Source: Klebsormidium nitens (lineage: Eukaryota; Plantae; Klebsormidiophyceae). Taken from it: DNA of 64,000 nt. This document shows, one piece after another, positions 12,501-24,500 of this stretch. The position numbers were made by a program, and so were the translations under genes. A model generated the notes under the pieces. The model worked only from the letters and a program-made list of their open reading frames with translations. It was not told where the DNA came from and did no database searches. Each line of letters begins with the position of its first letter. Position 1 is the stretch's first letter. Where the stretch lies: the NCBI GenBank assembly GCA_000708835.1, contig DF237390.1, positions 1-64,000 of the forward strand, read 5' to 3'.

Positions 12501-15500
12501 CACGACCTTCAGACTGCAAGACAAAGATCTGCCACGTCAGCATCCAATTTCTGACAGATAAGGTCTTATACAAATATTGTTACTACTTACGACACCAGAA
12601 AGGGGAGCGATGGCGACAAACATCAAACTGAAAAAGAAAAGTACAATGTGCAGCGAGTAAGGAAGAGATATCGGACAAATCCAAAGGTAGGGAACTGAGG
12701 GCATGTGTCTGTAAGCGGGGATCCGGACTTTGCTCGTTGATGACAAAGCGAAAGACTGGCAAGCAGACGGCTGCTCATCCGATGCAAGAGAAGACAGCGC
12801 TTTATGTAAGATTAGACGAGAAGGCGACCAAGGAAGCAGAAGATCTAAGCCAAGAACTGAACGGCGAGCAGGAAAGAAGAGGTTTTCGAAAGGAGGAAAC
12901 CAATGGTGATCCATTTTCGCAAACCATACGTGCGGGCATGCAACATAGATCGAAAAAGCCGTCTTGAACGATGAGTAGCGCACTCACTACTTGTCTCCCT
13001 CGCTGTGAGATTGCAGCCCCGACTTCTGAGCATCGAATACGACCACCACTTTGATGCCTGCAGGCACGAGCGGACCGCATTTAATGCGGCAGCTTGTCTT
13101 GCTGCGTCGACACGTGTTCCCTTGTGCATACTCAAGAGTTTCGTGCCATTCATACCGCGTCCCAACTTTCGCAAGTTTCCATTGAGGGAGGACTAAAATA
13201 TCCGCCGTCGGATGGTATGGTTCACTTTCTGATCTGACGGCTTCGCTTGTCCAACGTGGAAAATACCTCCTAAAAGGTCGTAAAAAGTGCGCTGCGGTAT
13301 GTACCAGCCAGGGAGCGCGGAAGGTACCAGGTACCTTTTACGATGCCACGTCAATAAACCTTCCTCTTCAAGTCTTGGTCCGAAAGAGGACTCCAAGATA
13401 TGGACACTCCAGACTCAAGTTGCGGAAAATGGGACTCGGTATAAAGGGCACGAGAGTCTTGTACCACCTTGGACGGCATGCGTTTCCACTCAACTTCGAC
13501 TTGGATGCCTCAACCTTTCATTATGGTCGGAAGCCCCCATCTTCAGTGTACGGCTGATCACCATATTTCACTGACATTCTTGCATGCGGCGCACTGTCTC
13601 CTAAAGTTTTACAATCTAGGGACTTCGTCTTTAGGTTCGTACAGAGTATGCGCTTTCAACGCTTCTTCGCACCGGCATGCTTTCGAACACGTGTAGGCCC
13701 CTCGCACACTTGACAAAGCGATCGCCTGAGGTGAGCGTCAAGGCTGTTCGCTTCAGACTTTGACCTCTCTCCGTTCCGCAAATGAAGAGAGTCTGATTGC
13801 TTCGAGGAACGTGATCCGCATCTCACCTTTGCACGCGCCGTATGTTTGCAGCTCCACGATGAGCTTGGCACGCGCGGCCTCAAGGTCCCCCTTAGAAAAG
13901 TGCTTCTTCAGCTTGGGCCAGTAGCCGCACATGTTGTACCCGTCCACCAACAACACTGGGGGCTCCAGATTCAGCTCTTCCATGACGCCCTGCCTGCACG
14001 CAGAATCTTTTTTGGTTCAAGTTTCTTGGCGTATTTCGTTGATTCGGTTCCTATCTTGTAGCTCTCTTCCTGCCGCTTATCTCCCTAGACACACGGGTCC
14101 ATGTCTCTGAGACGCCCTGCCTGCGCCGATGTCAGCATTTCGCTGTCTTTCGTTATCTTGTCGTGTTTCCGTCTCTATCTCCTTTCTGAATCTTCGTCCA
14201 CCAGCAAGACGGGTGGCTCCAGGTTCCACACCTCCGACAAGCCCTGCCTGCGCACAGACCGCGTTTTGCTTTGCTTCGAAGATTCTTTGTGTTATTTCGA
14301 AGGTCTCGTTCTCTTTCCTTGACTTTGTTCCACCACTTCAGTATCTCTCTGGGAAAACATTCCACCAGCAGCGACGAGGCGTCAGAAATTGATCCCTCAG
14401 CACGCGGGGCCTGCAAAAGGAAGCATTCCCTTGTCGCTGGTTTTTTTCTTCCTTCTGTTCGCTTTCAACTTTCGCAAAACATCGGGTCTCTGATGAGTGA
14501 ATCTAGGAGTCCGCCAAAGATATGCTTGGTACGAGCAATCCGCCAGAGAGCCTAAAGATGAATCCCCAGAATCGGCTGCAAGATACACGGCAGGATGAAA
14601 ACTACCTATCGAATTTGGTTGTAAAAATTCTTTTTCTGAAGGCAGTACCAGTAAAGTAAGCAAGCATTGCCGGTTGCAAAGGAAGCCACACTCTAGACAA
14701 ACGACCAAACAGCGGTGACCGGCAGCAGTGCGACCCATGTTGCTCATGGGTACTTGATTCATTCGTTGGGGTACCGCATTCGTTCTTCCCACGACTCATA
14801 ACCACTCTGTCGAAAGCGCGCACTCGGAATTCCGTCTGCTCTATGGGATTGCAGGAGATCTCTGCGATCCAGTCCCCACAAAGAGGAAGATGACGGGAGA
14901 GAATGGGCAATGGGCAAGAAAGAAGCGGAAAGGATGGGGAGCTGCAAAAAAGAAACAACAAAGATAGGCACAGTCTTTAGTCTCGGGTCTTAGGTTGCGC
15001 TTCGACCGAAAACCTACTTGGCCTCCAGTGTTGCCTTATGCAGTACCGACTGGTAGTAGGTACGGTACTTTCAACTTAAAGACACCTCTGGTATGTACCT
15101 TGGGTTCCACGTGGATCCGACAAGCAATTCAATTGGCTGAGAAATCTGGAAAAGCTTTTGGCAGCTTTCCGGTCGACGCGCACCCTTAGCTCACCCCATG
15201 AGACTGGTGGACGGTGCCACGACGTCCCCGCTTGCGACCCCGCTGCTTTCAGACGGCCGCTCCTTCTTTCTCCGGTACCCCGTGGCTTGGCGGACCGGAG
15301 GGCCCGAGGCATTCTTCTGGTACTCCTGTAGACATACAGCGGGGCATTCAAAAGATTGAGGAGAGGGGCCAAGGACAATTGAAGGACGATTCAAATGCAG
15401 GAGGAGACAGATAGAGAAAACAAGAAAGGGGGCCCGAGACATTCTTTTGGTACTTTTGTGGATAGAATCGGAGCAGACAAAAGATAAGTAGAGGGGGGGG

Positions 15501-17318
15501 ATAGTTTGTAAACCGAGAGAGATTGGGATACCGTTGACAGGGGAACAACAAAGGGGGCCAGGGAGGAGACGATTTCTAGAACAAGAGAGACTGGAGCTTA
15601 AAGGTAAAAACAGGAAAGAGGGCCGTGACCTTTTTCTGGAACTCCCGTACATAATTGACTCTCCCACAAATTAGTAGAGGGACAGGACCTTTTCAAAGAG
15701 GCGAGTTTGGAGTGGGGTAAACCCAAGTCGAGAAACCGGATCGGTTTGGGGAGGCTGAGGCAATCTTTGGGTGCCCCTCGCCAAGAGGGTAGACAAGGGA
15801 GTGTAAGCAAGTTAATGCGAAGAATGATGAATAGGAAGTAGAACTACCCGGCTCCTTCGAGATAACACCCAGCCAGCTCTTCTCTCTTTATGCACGTGCC
15901 TCTCTCCTCACTTCTGCTAGAATATCACTTTTGCCCCCTGTGTTTCATACGCTTTGATGCACCCGTGTCCAGCCACAAAAGTACCAAAAAAATCTTTGAA
16001 AAGGTAGAAAAACAATGGAAGAAAAGGAAAGCAGGGAATATAGCGGGCACGGAAGAGAGTGGTCCGAATGTTTTCACATCAGGAACAAAGCAGAAGGGGG
16101 GAACAAGAAGGAAAACAAGGAAGAAGTCACCTTGAGCGCCTTGACATAACGTAGCTGGTACCGCACCGGAATATTGATGTTGGTGGAGACCCTGGGCGGG
16201 GTAGACTGTTAAAAGGAAACCGTGATTGTTAGGGGCAGATAAGAGGACCGTATAACGAAAAGGGGCAAACAAGGCATGGTTGCTTCACGAAATCCGCATA
16301 TGCTTTTGCGAGATGGTGAAAAAAATGGGGGTTGTCATCACACAAGTTTGCTCTAAGCAATACACATTGAGAGCAAACGGTTCCAACGGGTCCAAAGGGA
16401 TCATCCTCGCTTCTGTTCTTTTTTCATTGTTTCGTTTTACGTACCGCAACTGGAACCACAGAGGATGAGATGTACTCATCAAGACTTGGAAGAAATCAAA
16501 GGCCAAATGAGCTGCGACTTCATATTGGGAAAATGGAGGGAAGGCGACGAAATGGATGCATTGTCAAGGCTGAATCAGGTTTTATGGCCGTTTGTATGAC
16601 GCAAGGAATTTACTATTGTCACTCAGATGATGTGTAAGCATATACGGGGTCATTGTTGTGCCCTTCACTTTTCAAACCACTCCAGGAGCCTAGAAGGATG
16701 CATCTATTCAGCTTTTACCTCATCGCGCACAGGTCTGAGTTTTACACAGCCAAGCACAGCGCCAATCAAAAGCTGTCAAGTTGCTGGGAAAAATCAAAAA
16801 AGAGAGCATTTTCACAGAAGTGTGTACTCAGAATGTAGCTTGTATCTCACCTGCCGGCCATCAGTGTCGCTCTTGGGCCCCTCGTCCCCACCACCCTTGG
16901 CGCCCTTCTTAGCACCGCATGTGATCCTCCCCCGGCGCCTACGACAACTAGAATGGAAACTTTCTGCAGCATGCCCCTGGCGTCTCACACCACCGACACC
17001 TGCCAGGCGATCCTTCGACCTCGCATGCAAGAAGCGCTCCTCGTGTCCTTCCACTCCGAACCCATGCAGGCAATCGGTTAGCTGCCTTACGCCAGTGAAT
17101 GAAATACAGCATAGATCAGCTTTCAGGTAGGGACCCGCTTGAAGTCCCCGGTATCTGCTCTGCAAACGGAAGCCTGCATTGTCCAGATCTTGCAGCGCAT
17201 TACACAGCAGACCATGCCGTGTTGGCACGTTAAACCCTCGTGCAGTCGCATGCCATAACTCTACACTGGATGGTGCAAACACGCGCTGCCCGCTGAAGGG
17301 CCCAGCTGCCAGCATCAT
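9521..17318 (-). CDS. NYN/YacP (Rae1-like, PIN-fold) putative endoribonuclease, probably plastid-targeted, with ~550-aa low-complexity C-terminal extension; exons approx. 17318-16851, 16205-16131, 15325-15195, 13993-13827, 13057-12990, 12526-12470, 12112-11990, 11672-11625, 11171-9521
   Basis: Spliced motifs PPRVSTNINIPVR, GYRRKK, PPVLLVDGYNMCGYWPKLKKHF...ARAKLIVEL, IKVVVVFDA, VVYSADDTADSWIERE and VWVVTSDLAQQSMAYGVGA match YacP-like NYN proteins. Intron phases are consistent. The 5' start is less certain. Confidence 0.85.
14105..14260 (-). repeat. Two intronic ghost copies of acceptor + start of NYN exon 4
   Basis: gcgcag|GCAGGGC... at 14247 (reads QGLSEVWNLEPPVLLVD) and at 14120 (GCAGGGCGTC), versus functional gtgcag|GCAGGGCGTCATG (QGVMEELNLEPPVLLVD) at 13993. 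Confidence 0.8.
15430..15995 (-). repeat. Two direct ghost copies (~15431-15465, ~15620-15650; AG mutated to AA and GG) and one inverted copy (~15920-15995) of acceptor + start of NYN exon 3
   Basis: On + strand, GGCCCGAGACATTCTTTTGGTACTTTTGTGG (15431) and GGGCCGTGACCTTTTTCTGGAACTCCCGTAC (15620) align to functional GGCCCGAGGCATTCTTCTGGTACTCCTGTAG (15301). CCACAAAAGTACCAAAA occurs in opposite orientation at ~15973. Confidence 0.7.
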
Positions 17319-18593
17319 TCATGGGCCGGGGTGGCGTCAAACTGGTGGTCCTCCCTTTCAAAAGATGGGGGCTTCTGCAGCGCCCGCCACCTGACTTGAG
17401 CTTAAAACGTAGCTACCTAATTAGACTGCATGCTAGATCAAGAGTGACGTGAGAAACCCGGCCCCTGCTCCTGCTGGTGCCACCAGAGCTGCCCCTGCTG
17501 GCACCCGGATCACAGCTAGCCGAGCGCAGCAGCAAAGCGCAGAGCTTCTATTTGAATATGCTAATGGTCTACAGAGCTCTGCTGAGTGGCCCCAGCAACG
17601 TTGTAGCCCTGCAACTCGGAACAGCGCGCGCTCGCGCGCCGCTCAACAACGATCGGTGACGTGGCCGTATGACCAATGTGCACCGCGGCCTGTGGTCCTT
17701 CTGACTTCAGCTGCCGCATGGTTTGGCCAAGGCGGATTCACATGGGATGTGGCCAGCACGGGCAGCTACAGTGCCAATTAAAGCTCCACGGGCAGGCTGA
17801 CTTTTACATCCCTCATGACGTACCATGGGTAACCAGGCTTTCATCACTGATTATACGATCACCATACATATACTTGGCATGCGACATGATCCAAACATCA
17901 CTCGATATATATCAGCAAGCATAACAGTTTTAAGAAAGCACCTAAATATTAAAGCTAGCCTGAGCGGCCCTCGTGCAAACTCGGGATGCATCATGATGGA
18001 TGCATTATAGTATGCATTCGCTAAATGTACGTTCACGATCTTGCCCTCCTCTTCGAACGTAGAGTCTGAGATGAGTCTGATTACCGCGTCGCCATCTTCT
18101 CCCCATATGCACAATTTGTACAAACAAACGGCCACCTCACCGGCTGTGATTTGAGGACATCATCATGGATCATCGTCACTTGTAGCGGATCCAAGTGAGA
18201 AGTTACCATCGAAACCAGAATGACTAGAACTGATTATTGACTTGCTAGCCTGTCCTCATGCCTCTTGGGTGTCCGGAAAATCAAGCGTAGTCCGCACTCG
18301 AAGGCGTAGACGAGAGTAAACCAGCGACTTGACGTTCGATCCTTGCACATGAGCTCATGGCCGGAGAACTATGTACGACTGTATACCTAGTTTGTTTTCC
18401 TTTGACATGGACACGTGGCTAAATTAAGGTTAAGAAAACTCGTGGTCCTCCTTCTTGTGGTCCTTGAACCCGATTGCACATGCAGCTAGCAGCTCGCTAG
18501 CAATGCATCATTGACCATGAGGCCCATCCTCGAAGATTAGTCAAAAACTTCAAGCTGTACTAAATCGATTTCGACTTTCTAGCTAGCACGTTA

Positions 18594-21500
18594 TCACACC
18601 GGCTCCGCGTCCATGGACGCAAACCGCTTGAAGCTCTTGGCCGACACGGACTCGCGCCGCTGGCGCGTGACACGCGCCACCGCAAACACGGCCAACGCCA
18701 CGACCGCAATTACGCCCACTAGGATCCCGACCACAATTCCGACAATCGCCCCCGTGGAAAGCCCGCTACTCCCCCCGCCGTCACTATTTACCACAGGGAC
18801 TGCACTAGAAGTCGTCGATCCACCAGCCAAGGCCGCGGCCGCGGCCGCCGCCGTCGAGGGGCTCGGCGTTTCGACAACGGGGTTGATGCCGACAACACCG
18901 GGCACGGGAGTGGGGACCGGGGCGCCCGCGCTCGAGGCAGGGCCCTTGTTTGCGTAGGGGCCGGGGGATCCCCCGGTGGATACGCTGCAGGCAAGCATCG
19001 GAACAGTTCAGTGGACAAAGCTTGCGGTGAGCAGTGTCTCGCAACGTCTTGGATCCAGGCTGCGGGATTTGATGGGAAGGGTATGAGGCGACAGAGCGCC
19101 GCACAAAAGGCTTGTGAACGGCTTCCATGTAGAATTCGGGGCTGAGCAAAATGCAGAAAACCGACGCGCACAATGATCAAGCGCCCGCGGCGGCTCACCG
19201 GACCTCTGTGACCAGACGAGATTCTGAGCAGAGAGACAATCTTGACAAGCGGCATCGAGATAGTCCCCAACGTGGGCACGGCCCAGTTCGCCCACAGACA
19301 ATCAGCAAGAAGATGATTTGCAACCGAAGCATACCAAGCAAACAGTGAAAGGAGCCCAAACGGTTTGAAAGGTTGCAGGAACATGGCTGAAGAGTTCTGG
19401 CAACCACAATCATAGGCCGTCAGAGAGGGCTCAATATATAGGAGGCACTAAAAGACAGAACACAAAGCGCCCATGACGACGCAATCTGCAGACACCCCGC
19501 AAAACACGAATGACAGGCAAAGCATCAATTTCTGGTCCTCTCCTACCCCGGAACCTGGTATGCTCCTAATACCATAGAAGTAATGGATATGATAACCGAA
19601 GGAATATTAGACATAAGGAACTATTAGAGAATTGAAGATAACAATCGGCAGTATCACAAATAACAATAGAAGTGTCAAATTGACCCACCCCGCAGGCACC
19701 CCGCACGCGACGTTTGCAATTTTGGTGCTGGTGCCGTTGCACGTCAGCTGGTTCCCTGCGAGGTCGACGAAGGTCCAGGCGGGGAGGCGGGTCGCCTCGA
19801 AGAAAGACGGGACGGTGCCGCTGAGGATGTTGTAGCTGGCGTCGAAGATCTGCACGAAACCCGCCATTAACCACGGTCGGTTCGCGTTTGAAAAGAGAGA
19901 GGACTCGCTGACCAACGAATATGTGTACGAAAACTCGCCGTTAACCACGGTTGGTTAGCGCAATAAAAACGCGAGGACTCGCTGACTAACGGGACGACTC
20001 GAAGAAAAAGTGAACGCTGCCCGATAAAATGTTGTAACTGGCGTCGAAGATCTGCACGAGAACCACCAATACCACGGTAGGTCAGCGTAAGAAAAGGAAG
20101 AGGACTCGCTAAGTAACGCCCAGGCGGGCAGGCATTCGCCTCGAAGAAAGACGGGATGGTGCCGCTAAGGGTGTTGTGACAGGCAATGTAAATCTGCACG
20201 AAACCCGCCGTTAACCACACTCTGTTAGCAACTCTTTGAAAGATCAAGTCCTTATAGCAAATCTTTTGTTCTTTGGACTGAAAATGATTGTGAAAAAGGC
20301 AACTCGCTGCCCACGTTTCGTTACTAAGATGCACAAGGAAGTCAACGAAACCTTAGGCACAATCAGTTTACGGTGAAGTAGAAATAATCCACGCAAGCTA
20401 ACAGTAGTTGGCAAACCACGAACGAGGGGATCGCGCTGCTCAGGACAATGAAGACACCGCTGCCGATCCCGGGACACTGATTGACGCAGAATGCGAGCAG
20501 TTTCTTAGAAGGAAGTCATTCCAAACAGGCAACCAACACAAGGCCCGGTAGTATCGAGCGATTTACGCAATGCGAGCAATTTCTTCCGAAAGGAGGTCAT
20601 TCAAGCCAGCAAATAACTCAATCTGGGCACACAACGAGACTCAAGCGCATGCTCACCTGAGAAAGAATGTTCCCCGTGTTCGGGTCCAGCTTCGCGGAGC
20701 GCGTGTCGAACACGGGCAGCGTCGAGTAGGTCGCCGGGATGGGCCCCGTCAGCTGGTTGCTCGTCACGTTGAAAATTCTCACCGCGCTAGTTGCGGTGCC
20801 CAGATCCGGGAGCGAACCGCTCAGGAGGTTGTTCGCGGCCGCGAATGCAAACAGGTTGGGCAGCGTCAGCAGGCTGAGGGGGATCCCCCCGGAGAGGAAG
20901 TTGTTGCTGGCCTCGAGAGAGATGAGGTTGGGCGTGTTCCAGACTTGGGGGAAGGCGCCGGTGAAGTTGTTCACTTCCAGGCTGGTTGGAGGTGAGAAAA
21001 GGCAATGTTAATTACTGTGGGCTTTCTAAAAAACGATGATTATGAACGCCCAAATTCACACTGTTGACTTGCTTTGCACCATAATCCAGCGCAAAGCCTC
21101 TTATGAATTCAAAACCGGTTCAAGTTGTGAACTGATTGCTCCGAACAAAAAGAAGCATGAAACAGGGTCAGCACAACTGTTGTGGATCGGTTCCGCCAAT
21201 CGCTTTGCGAGGGCGAAGCGAGGACCCCGTCCAGCCTACGGAGACGAACTGAGATAAGCTTCTGAGGGCCAAACATCTGAGCACAGCGCTTGCGAATCAT
21301 TACCAACATTTGGTACGGGTCAATCTGAAGAAGAGGGATGAGAAAGAAGCTGAGTAAACGTGCAAGACCTCAAGACTTCTCAGGGACTTGGATAAGAGAA
21401 AGTGCCGCTGCTTGGCAAAACAGACCCTTGCGCTTCAGAACACCATTGCTTTGAGGGTGCACGTAACAGAGGAGACCAACCGAAGGAGCCGGTACTTACT

Positions 21501-24500
21501 ACATTTGCTGGAGAACCGGCGCGTTTGCGAAGTCGGCGATGCCACCTGTCAGCTGGTTGTTGTTTAGGAACAGCGTGCGGAGTTGAGGAGATGTGGTCAG
21601 GGACGTGGGGACCGGACCCGTCAAACTGCAGAAAACAACCCCTTTTCAGCCGCCACCTAGGCCTAGTACGAGCTTGATTTGTAGGTTCAATTTCACCCCC
21701 TGGAGGAACTAGATAGAATCGAGGACTCGGTTGTCGGTCGTCCCATAAACTGCGGAGCAGAAAGCCTTCGGGAAAGGTTTGCATCGGGACACCTCACCAG
21801 TAAATAGAAACCAATGCCAAAAAAGGGCCAGGAATTGGCGAGGATTCACGAACAAGAACATCGTCCACGGTAGAAGTCGACAAGCACACACCAATACGCC
21901 CTGTTTCGCTAATACTCCAATGAATTGTAATGGTTTCCTGTCACCCCTGAACATCTATAGCTCTTAGTGCCAATCTGCCATCAGGTTCCGAATGCTGCAA
22001 GGATACTTCGTGCGCCGTCCGATTGACGACAGAGGAGCTGTCGAACGGCTCACGACCAGGAACCGAGCTTAGAGAGATCGAAACCCGATGGCAAATGCAC
22101 CGCAGACAGCTCTAGAACGCGAGCAACTCACCGGTTGTTGTTCAAGAGAAGCGAGTCCAAGCGCGGCCCGACAATCCCATCTGGAATGGTCCCCGTGATG
22201 TAGTTCTGCGATAGCTCCAGCACTTGCAGGTTGGTTGGGAGCCCAAAGTCCGCAGTGAGCGTGCCGGTGACGCCAGCATTCGCCGCGTGGAAGCTCCGGA
22301 GCTCGGAGTTGGCGGGAATCGTGGCCGGCAGAGGTCCCGTAAACCTGCACCAGTTTGAATCTTACTTAGAAAAGACGATTGAGCCAACACTGGCCCTATC
22401 AGCCTTTCCTGGCCTCGACTCTGCGCATCCAGCTGGACGTACCAAGCTACAAAAGTCAATCGACATTTCTATTCTCCATCCCTAATAGCTATCACCCGCC
22501 CAGCGTCACGTCCCCGTTGCACGAGCTGTGGGCGCCAGAAGTGGCAGACTTCATGTATTCTACACTGGAACCTTCGAAAGTGCTTGAAGTCAGACTACAC
22601 ATGGCATCCAGAATCGCTGGACCTGTGAGTCTCAGATCAAGGATCATGCCACCCTAGGTCCCTGCGACTGCAGCAAACGGTCGAGGGCTCGCTCACATGT
22701 TGTTGTTATACCAAAGGACCCGCATCTCCGGTTTCTGTGCGTAGCAGGCCGGCAGGGTCCCATTGAACTGCAGAGCAAGAAACGGTCATATGAAACTCAC
22801 TTTCACCAGTGGTGGGGACATAAAGGGCGCCAAATCAGTCGGTCAGGCGTACTCCAAGAGCCGGGAGAAAACGGCCGCTATGGTCGATCAATGACGATTC
22901 GGACAGAGATACTCGGGTTGTAACTTGACCAACGGATACAATCTGTGGCCGCAAAAGCGCTTGTGTGATGCGCCACGAGCGGCTCGTCACCTGGTGGTAC
23001 CTCTGAATTTTCGAAAGCGACGAGCTCCAGCTACCCGTAGATCGAGTCTGCCGATTCTAAAACCAATTCGGCTTTGCCCGTCCAGAGCATCAAAATCCGA
23101 TGTCAGGGGCACCAGTCTCGGCATTTGCTAACTGCCAAGTCCGAACCCGCACCTCACTTGAAGGCTCTTTGCAGTCCAGGCAGCGTGCCAATCTTGTACG
23201 CCATGTCACACGACAAAGTCTAAGCTGAGCCTGGAGGCGCGTGCCACAATTCGACAAATCTGTTGACACTAGATGCAGGGCTATTCGACTGCACGAGCAG
23301 ATCCAGCGCTTCCCAATTCCGGACGACTTGTTCGACGTAGTCGCAGGGCCAGTTTCAATTTTGAGGAAACTAAGATGGGCAAGTCAGATACCAGCAGTAA
23401 GCCAAGACCGCAAGTCCTTTTGTTGATCGAACGATGAGCCACGTCCGAACACCCAGAGCAGACTCCTTACTCCAAACATAGTTTGACTTTGGACGGCGCG
23501 CTCACATTGTTTGTAGCAACGTTGAACTCCAGGAGGGGCGTGCCGGGGGTTGCGAGGTCGCAGGTTACGGTACCCGTGAACTGGTTCAGGTCGAGAGTCA
23601 GGACCTGTACGGGACGGACTAACTTCCGGTTACTGCAACTTTTCATGGGCTTTTCAAGGTTACGAACCAGTGAAAAGCGGACGTATTCGACGCATCTGCA
23701 TGACGTCACCGCGCGACTGCTTAGCAGTTCGCTCTGCTCTTCCGTCCTCAGAAGACAACTGTCTCCGATTGTGCTCCGAGCACAAAACACTGCTAAACGG
23801 TGACCGGTGCTGACGTTGACGTCTGCCCCAATGGTAAGCCTTCGTTAGCAAATGTCAAGCTGGAAAGCAACAACGTGTCCGGGTCCAGTGAAGACCGAGG
23901 GAATGCCTTTCCACGGATTCACTGAAGACTCCACTTGGAAAAGGAGGAGATAAACTGAAGGACTGGAGCCTGAACCAGAGAGGGGATCTGCCCTTGGACA
24001 ACGTCCATTCTCCAACACGAACTGGTGATCATGGTCAGAGGGTTATTGGCAGGAAGTGGATGGAGAAAGGACGGTTCGCAGAAAGGTCATTCTACGGTGG
24101 CAGCGATATGCTCTGCTTAGAAACCGTTCAGAAATGCATGCCGATGGCCCCCTCTAACTCGTTTCTGCTGCTTCCCAAGGCAAACATGAAACCCCAAACA
24201 TACGTACTCAGTGACAGGGAATTCAAAGCTAACCTGTAATGAAACCACGCACTCTAGACTACGGGATTCGATTAGCACTAATTTGGGTCTACATCCCTTT
24301 GCGAATCTAAGTACACTTGTGGTACCCGTTCCCCTTGGCTTTCGGTTTCAACTGCTTCTCACAGAGATCGCTCTTCCTGACTAGACAACGAAATTGCAAG
24401 ACCATCATCGGCTCAGGCTTCGCCTTCCGCACATTTTCAGCAACCAAGCCTACCGCAAACGACTAAGCGTCCCCCAGTCACATACCTGGAGGTTGGGAAG

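Noticed and set aside
14397-15000. ORFs 14397-14792 and 14602-14961 as the NYN N-terminus
   Set aside because: The 15195-13993 junction restores the conserved frame, so these ORFs are intronic.
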